The notes under the pieces: generated by a model
Told to the model about the DNA's origin: nothing
Databases searched by the model: none
The model's input: only the letters and a program-made list of their open reading frames with translations
Shown: positions 60,076-64,000 of the stretch, piece after piece
How the letters are laid out: the number at the start of each line of letters is the position of its first letter
How positions within the stretch are numbered: the first letter of the stretch is position 1
Assembly (NCBI GenBank): GCA_910586985.1
Contig: CAJUKK010000012.1
Coordinates: 5,377 to 69,376 of the forward strand
DNA length: 64,000 nt
From: an uncultured Christensenellaceae bacterium
Lineage (GTDB): Bacteria > Bacillota > Clostridia > Christensenellales > Borkfalkiaceae
Direction: 5' to 3'
Made by a program: the position numbers and the translations under genes

Positions 60076-60484
60076 AAAAACTCCTTGATGTTTACGTATT
60101 TTGTTGCTTTCGGCACTTGTCGCGCCCTCAGACGCGAGAGAGTTTGCGCATTCACGAGCCGCGCGTGAACTTGAATCGCCGATCGAAGTGCAAAGAAATG
60201 CCGTGATTTCTAATATCGTAAATTTTCTTAACAGCGAAATGAACTCACCTTGATATTTTCGGCTTAAGCGGCTTTCCCGTTCGAAAAAAGCGGAAATTTT
60301 CAAATGTCATTTTCAGCGTTAACGTGAGAATGTATTTCTTATGACATTCTAAAATCCATGCGCAAGGGGAACCACGCTTTTTCGCTGCGCGCCCCGATTT
60401 GTTACCCCCCCTTTGACTTGTCGTCTTTCAGGGCGATCAAGAACGTGCGGCTAAGAACTGTTTAGAACAAATAAGCAACTACGC

Positions 60485-60525
60485 TCGATAAATTTGTTTT
60501 TGTCCTTTAAAAACAAATTTATCGA
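60485..60525. terminator. Perfect 17-bp AT-rich hairpin after cls
   Basis: TCGATAAATTTGTTTTT-loop-AAAAACAAATTTATCGA, 14 nt downstream of the cls stop. Confidence 0.55.
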
Positions 60526-60538
60526 AACCCTTAAACTT

Positions 60539-62119
60539 TTAAAATAGCGGAGCGAACACCTTGGCGACTTCGCAAATCGCACGCCAGAAAATATTTTTCC
60601 TCGCACTTTCCGCCGTCTGCAATTTGGATACGGCAAACGTTTCGTCAAAGTCCGATTTCAACTCTCCGACCGCCTTCGTCCCGTACATGAATACCGCATT
60701 TTCAAAGTGGTGCAAAAGCGAGCGGTAATCGAGATTGATCGTCCCGACGATTGCAACTTCATCGTCCGCTAAAAAATTTTTCGCATGGATAAAACCAGGG
60801 GTATATTCGTAAATTTTTACGCCCGCTTTGATCAGCGCGGGATAATTGGATCGGGTAAGGGCAAAGGGAATTTTCTTATCCGGAATATGAGGAACTATTA
60901 TTCTGACGTCCACTCCCCTGAGCGCCGCAGAAACGATCGCCGAACGCATTCTGTAATCGATGATCAAATAGGGCGTCATAATATAAACGTATTTACTGGC
61001 GTGCGTCAGCACGTTGATATACGTCTCCTCGCCGATCTGACTCTTATAGAGCGGACGCGGGCCGTCGCCGTACGGACGAACGTATCCTTCGTCTTCAAAC
61101 GCCTCATACGTGTCGCTAAGATAGGGCGCGAAGTCTTCCGTCTCCTTGGTGCGAAGATTGTACAAATGCAGAAACATGAGTATAAGTCCGCGGACGCCCT
61201 CTCCTTCAAGACGAACCGCCGTATCCTTCCACTGCCCGAACGGGTGCGTTTCGTTGATATATTCGTCCGAAAGATTGATTCCGCCCGTATACCCGATTTT
61301 GCCGTCGATCACGGCAATTTTACGGTGGTCGCGGAAATTATGGACGTTGGTCACAACGGGCACGAAGGGATTGAACTTTACGCACTTAATCCCCGCTTTC
61401 CTCAGCGATTTGTAATACCCTGCCCGAATTTTACCCATACAACCGATATCGTCGTACATAACGCGCACTTCCACGCCGTCCTTTACCTTGGCTTTAAGAA
61501 CGTCGAGCGTCTCATACCACATTTTACCGCGCGCCAGAATAAAGTATTCGAGAAAAATATACCGCTCGGCATGCTTTAAATCATCTAAAAAGGACTGGAA
61601 AAACTTTTCGCCCGTAGGAAAATAACGCGTTTTCGTGCCCCGATAAAACATGGAAGTTCCGTCCTGTTTCTGGATCGAACCCACTACATCCGCCCAGTTT
61701 TCGAGCGCGGCATCCGTCTCTTCTTGCGTAACGGAGCTATCGATATAAGCGCGGGAATGCTCGACAAGTTGCAAATATTTTCTCCTTTGACGGCGAGAAG
61801 GACGGTTATGAGAAAATACGATGTAAATCGCCACGCCGAATACGTTGAGTCCGATCACGCACAAAAGCCACGGTATTTTTGTTTCGGGCAACATATCGCG
61901 GTTGACGATATTGAGTACGGTAATGATCAGGATCAACCACTCGATTACCTTTAAAATCCAACGCGCCCACGCGCCGGGCGTGGGAAAATAAAAATAAAAC
62001 AATTCGGTAAGCAACCGAACCCCGCCGACGACAACCACGACGTCGATAAGAAAAAGTAAGATAATAGTCAGCGCAATGAAAAAAAAGCGGCTGAAAAATA
62101 TTTTAAAATATTTCTTCAT
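60539..62119 (-). CDS. cls: Cardiolipin synthase
   Basis: 526 aa. N-terminal TM segments and two HKD motifs (HRKIAVIDG, HAKNFLADD). Confidence 0.9.
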   Translation of the reverse strand: MKKYFKIFFSRFFFIALTIILLFLIDVVVVVGGVRLLTELFYFYFPTPGAWARWILKVIEWLILIITVLNIVNRDMLPETKIPWLLCVIGLNVFGVAIYIVFSHNRPSRRQRRKYLQLVEHSRAYIDSSVTQEETDAALENWADVVGSIQKQDGTSMFYRGTKTRYFPTGEKFFQSFLDDLKHAERYIFLEYFILARGKMWYETLDVLKAKVKDGVEVRVMYDDIGCMGKIRAGYYKSLRKAGIKCVKFNPFVPVVTNVHNFRDHRKIAVIDGKIGYTGGINLSDEYINETHPFGQWKDTAVRLEGEGVRGLILMFLHLYNLRTKETEDFAPYLSDTYEAFEDEGYVRPYGDGPRPLYKSQIGEETYINVLTHASKYVYIMTPYLIIDYRMRSAIVSAALRGVDVRIIVPHIPDKKIPFALTRSNYPALIKAGVKIYEYTPGFIHAKNFLADDEVAIVGTINLDYRSLLHHFENAVFMYGTKAVGELKSDFDETFAVSKLQTAESARKNIFWRAICEVAKVFAPLF

Positions 62120-62165
62120 AATTAAAATAATAATATTATATAAAAGCAGATATCCGTATTCTTCG

Positions 62166-63242
62166 CTATAACGTCTTACGGCGGTAGTTCAAACAGCCGC
62201 AAGGCAAACTTTCAACAAAAAATTCCGTTTCCGGCAACGCATCCGGAAGCGCGCAGTGCAGCACGCGAAGCGACGGTAGACGATCAAACGCGTTTTTCGC
62301 AATATCCTGCCGCGCGATGCCGCAAAGGTCGATGATCTCCAAAGAATAAGCGCGATAAAACGCTGTCGTACCGACCTTCCCGCCCGTTATCTTAAGCGTT
62401 TTAAGCGATTGCGGAATCGCATATAAGCCGTTTTCGTCTGTACCAAACAGAAATCCGAGTTCTTCCGCCCCGTCATCCGTCCCGCACAAAAAAGGTAAAG
62501 TCAGTTCCTCAATGTTTTTACAAACGGCAAACGCGTTTTCGTCGTAAAAATCCGTATCGGAAACGGTCAACGTCCTCGCGTAAGGACAACCCGCGATCAG
62601 CCTGACGCCGCCCGCCGTCTGTAAGTAAATCGCTCCGTCCCGAACAACATATGGCGCATCAGCCGAAATATTTGCAAGCGAATCCGATTCGAGCGCAACC
62701 GAGGAAAATTTTGCTCCGCTGCGGATATGCAACGAAGTTGCTTTCGTCTCTTTAAGCAGCGTCTCAGGCAATGTACCGAGAAGTTCGACACGGTCTGCCG
62801 AGAATATACCGCACCGCTCCACTACAGTTCCCGTGAACCGAAAACAGTCGCCGTCGCAAAAGAGCGTGTTCCCGAACACGCGGTATATTGCAGCGCATTC
62901 GATGCGGTTTAACCTGTCCGTCCGCACCGATAACAATTCCGCAAGCGCCCCGCCGCTGAGCGTAACGTAAACCTCTTTAGCAAACGCATCCATCGCAATT
63001 TTGCCGCGCAATCCGTCCTTTTGAACAACAACGTTTTCTCCGTCCGTGCCGTCGAGCCACTTGTAAGCATTCAGATAATTTACCGCAGTCTCGCTGCCGT
63101 CCTCCCATATACAGCGGTAAATTTCCCCGAATCGCTCAGAAAATGTCTGAGGGAACGGAACGACAAGACTGAGTATACAACCAAGAAAAAAAGCCGCTGT
63201 AAATGCAAAAAAGAAAGCGCGGCGAAACCTCCCCGTCACCAT
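62166..63242 (-). CDS. Membrane-anchored leucine-rich-repeat (BspA-like) protein
   Basis: N-terminal TM anchor followed by degenerate repeats ending ...AFxxxxSLxxI/L (AFYRAYSLEIIDL, AFDRLPSLRVLHC). Confidence 0.5.
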   Translation of the reverse strand: MVTGRFRRAFFFAFTAAFFLGCILSLVVPFPQTFSERFGEIYRCIWEDGSETAVNYLNAYKWLDGTDGENVVVQKDGLRGKIAMDAFAKEVYVTLSGGALAELLSVRTDRLNRIECAAIYRVFGNTLFCDGDCFRFTGTVVERCGIFSADRVELLGTLPETLLKETKATSLHIRSGAKFSSVALESDSLANISADAPYVVRDGAIYLQTAGGVRLIAGCPYARTLTVSDTDFYDENAFAVCKNIEELTLPFLCGTDDGAEELGFLFGTDENGLYAIPQSLKTLKITGGKVGTTAFYRAYSLEIIDLCGIARQDIAKNAFDRLPSLRVLHCALPDALPETEFFVESLPCGCLNYRRKTL

Positions 63243-63727
63243 TTGTGATCGTGCAATTCGCCCAACGAGCTAAGTCCCCGAAAGTCGTTTTGCCTGAGTC
63301 CTTCATATACGGCAACCGCCACTGAATTGGAAAGGTTGAGCGAACGGCTCTCCTCGATCATGGGAATGCGTACGCAATCGTTGGGATGGGCGAGGAGCAA
63401 TTCTTCGGGCAATCCCTTCGTCTCTTTGCCAAAGACAAGAAAATCCCCCGCACGAAACGCCGCCTGCGCGTAACAAACGCGCGCCTTCGTCGTAAAATAA
63501 TAAAATTTTGCCGTGGGATTTTCGCGAATGAGTTCTTCAAACGAATCGTGATAGACAACGTTTACAAGATGCCAATAGTCAAGTCCCGCGCGCTTTAAAT
63601 ACTTGTCGCTCACTTCGAATCCGAGCGGACGGACGAGATGCAAAGTGCAACCCGTCGCCGCGCAGGTACGCGCAATATTGCCTGCATTCTGCGGGATTTC
63701 CGGCTCGACAAGAACAATATGAAACAT
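63236..63727 (-). CDS. trmL: tRNA (cytidine/uridine-2-prime-O)-methyltransferase TrmL (SpoU family)
   Basis: Trimmed to Met21 (MFHIVLVEPEIPQNAGNIARTCAATG). C-terminal LNLSNSVAVAVYE knot motif. Confidence 0.85.
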   Translation of the reverse strand: MFHIVLVEPEIPQNAGNIARTCAATGCTLHLVRPLGFEVSDKYLKRAGLDYWHLVNVVYHDSFEELIRENPTAKFYYFTTKARVCYAQAAFRAGDFLVFGKETKGLPEELLLAHPNDCVRIPMIEESRSLNLSNSVAVAVYEGLRQNDFRGLSSLGELHDHKW

Positions 63728-63832
63728 ATGATTTCCCTGCCTGTATGAATTGACTATTATTTTACGCTTTTTTTTAGTAATTGGCAAGCCTTTTGCCGCA
63801 AAGAAAAATTTTAATCAAATAGCCTAAAACAG

Positions 63833-63861
63833 TTGACATTGATCAAGAAAATATCTATAAT
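63833..63861 (+). promoter_or_regulatory. Perfect consensus sigma-A promoter
   Basis: TTGACA (63833-38), a 17-nt spacer, then TATAAT (63856-61). Confidence 0.6.
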
Positions 63862-63867
63862 AGCGTT

Positions 63868-63960
63868 GTTGTTTTGTGCTGTTTGCACACACTGATCTTG
63901 CTTATACAAACCCATATTTTTTCTCATTTTAAAAAGTCGTGCCACCGAGCACGGCTTTTT
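63868..63960 (+). ncRNA. Candidate ~90-nt small RNA or attenuated leader
   Basis: Between the consensus promoter and a terminator (GUCGUGC-CACCGA-GCACGGC followed by U5) there is no ATG. Contains an internal hairpin UGUGC-UGUUU-GCACA. Confidence 0.4.
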
Positions 63961-64000
63961 AAGTGCAAAAAAATTTCCCGAAAAAATTCGGATGCTTTCT

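Noticed and set aside
60076-60484. Housekeeping RNA (RNase P, tmRNA, SRP or 6S) in the long spacer
   Set aside because: Hallmark sequences are absent on both strands: GAGGAAAGUCC for RNase P, the tRNA-like GGGG...UCCACCA ends for tmRNA, and the SRP GGAA/AGCA domain IV motif. Kept only as a low-interest unexplained spacer.

Overview
A 64-kb chromosomal segment that looks like a spore-forming Firmicute, probably Clostridia. The lineage call is an inference from spoIIR, addAB, the pyrB-C-F-K-D-E gene order, the lon-engB pairing and SD-type ribosome binding sites. Almost all genes are on the minus strand. Core content: lon, engB (partial), ansA, galK-galM, a P-type cation ATPase, the pyrimidine operon, addAB, spoIIR, mnmA, tRNA-Arg(CCG), rubrerythrin, a ClC channel, a heterodimeric ABC exporter, a CaCA antiporter, mntP, a MATE pump, cardiolipin synthase and trmL. 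Several visibly AT-richer islets are embedded in this GC-richer backbone. The most unusual are two loci (11.2-13.7 kb and 20.2-21.8 kb) that bracket the pyr operon. Together they hold seven ~66-70 aa single-domain XRE-type HTH genes and six 78-94 aa proteins sharing one 4-Cys (zinc-ribbon-like) signature plus an amphipathic C-terminal helix. The HTH genes and Cys-protein genes are divergently transcribed across intergenic regions packed with inverted repeats. The second locus is a 662-bp tandem duplication with mosaic identity. I cannot place the Cys-rich proteins in any family I recognise, so this is my best candidate for an undescribed regulatory or switch system. Other notable items: two yybP-ykoY (Mn2+) riboswitch-like leaders (mntP and the CaCA antiporter). 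A structured leader upstream of the MATE gene. One ABC ATPase with four FtsX-type permease paralogs (one frameshifted) and a secreted Cys-rich protein. A polyferredoxin-thioredoxin fusion operon. Two tiny ORFs translationally coupled to rubrerythrin. An orphan consensus promoter plus terminator (sRNA candidate). Three homopolymer frameshifts confined to AT-rich DNA. No CRISPR array, rRNA, integrase or transposase was seen. All calls come from reading the sequence and ORF translations, with no database search.
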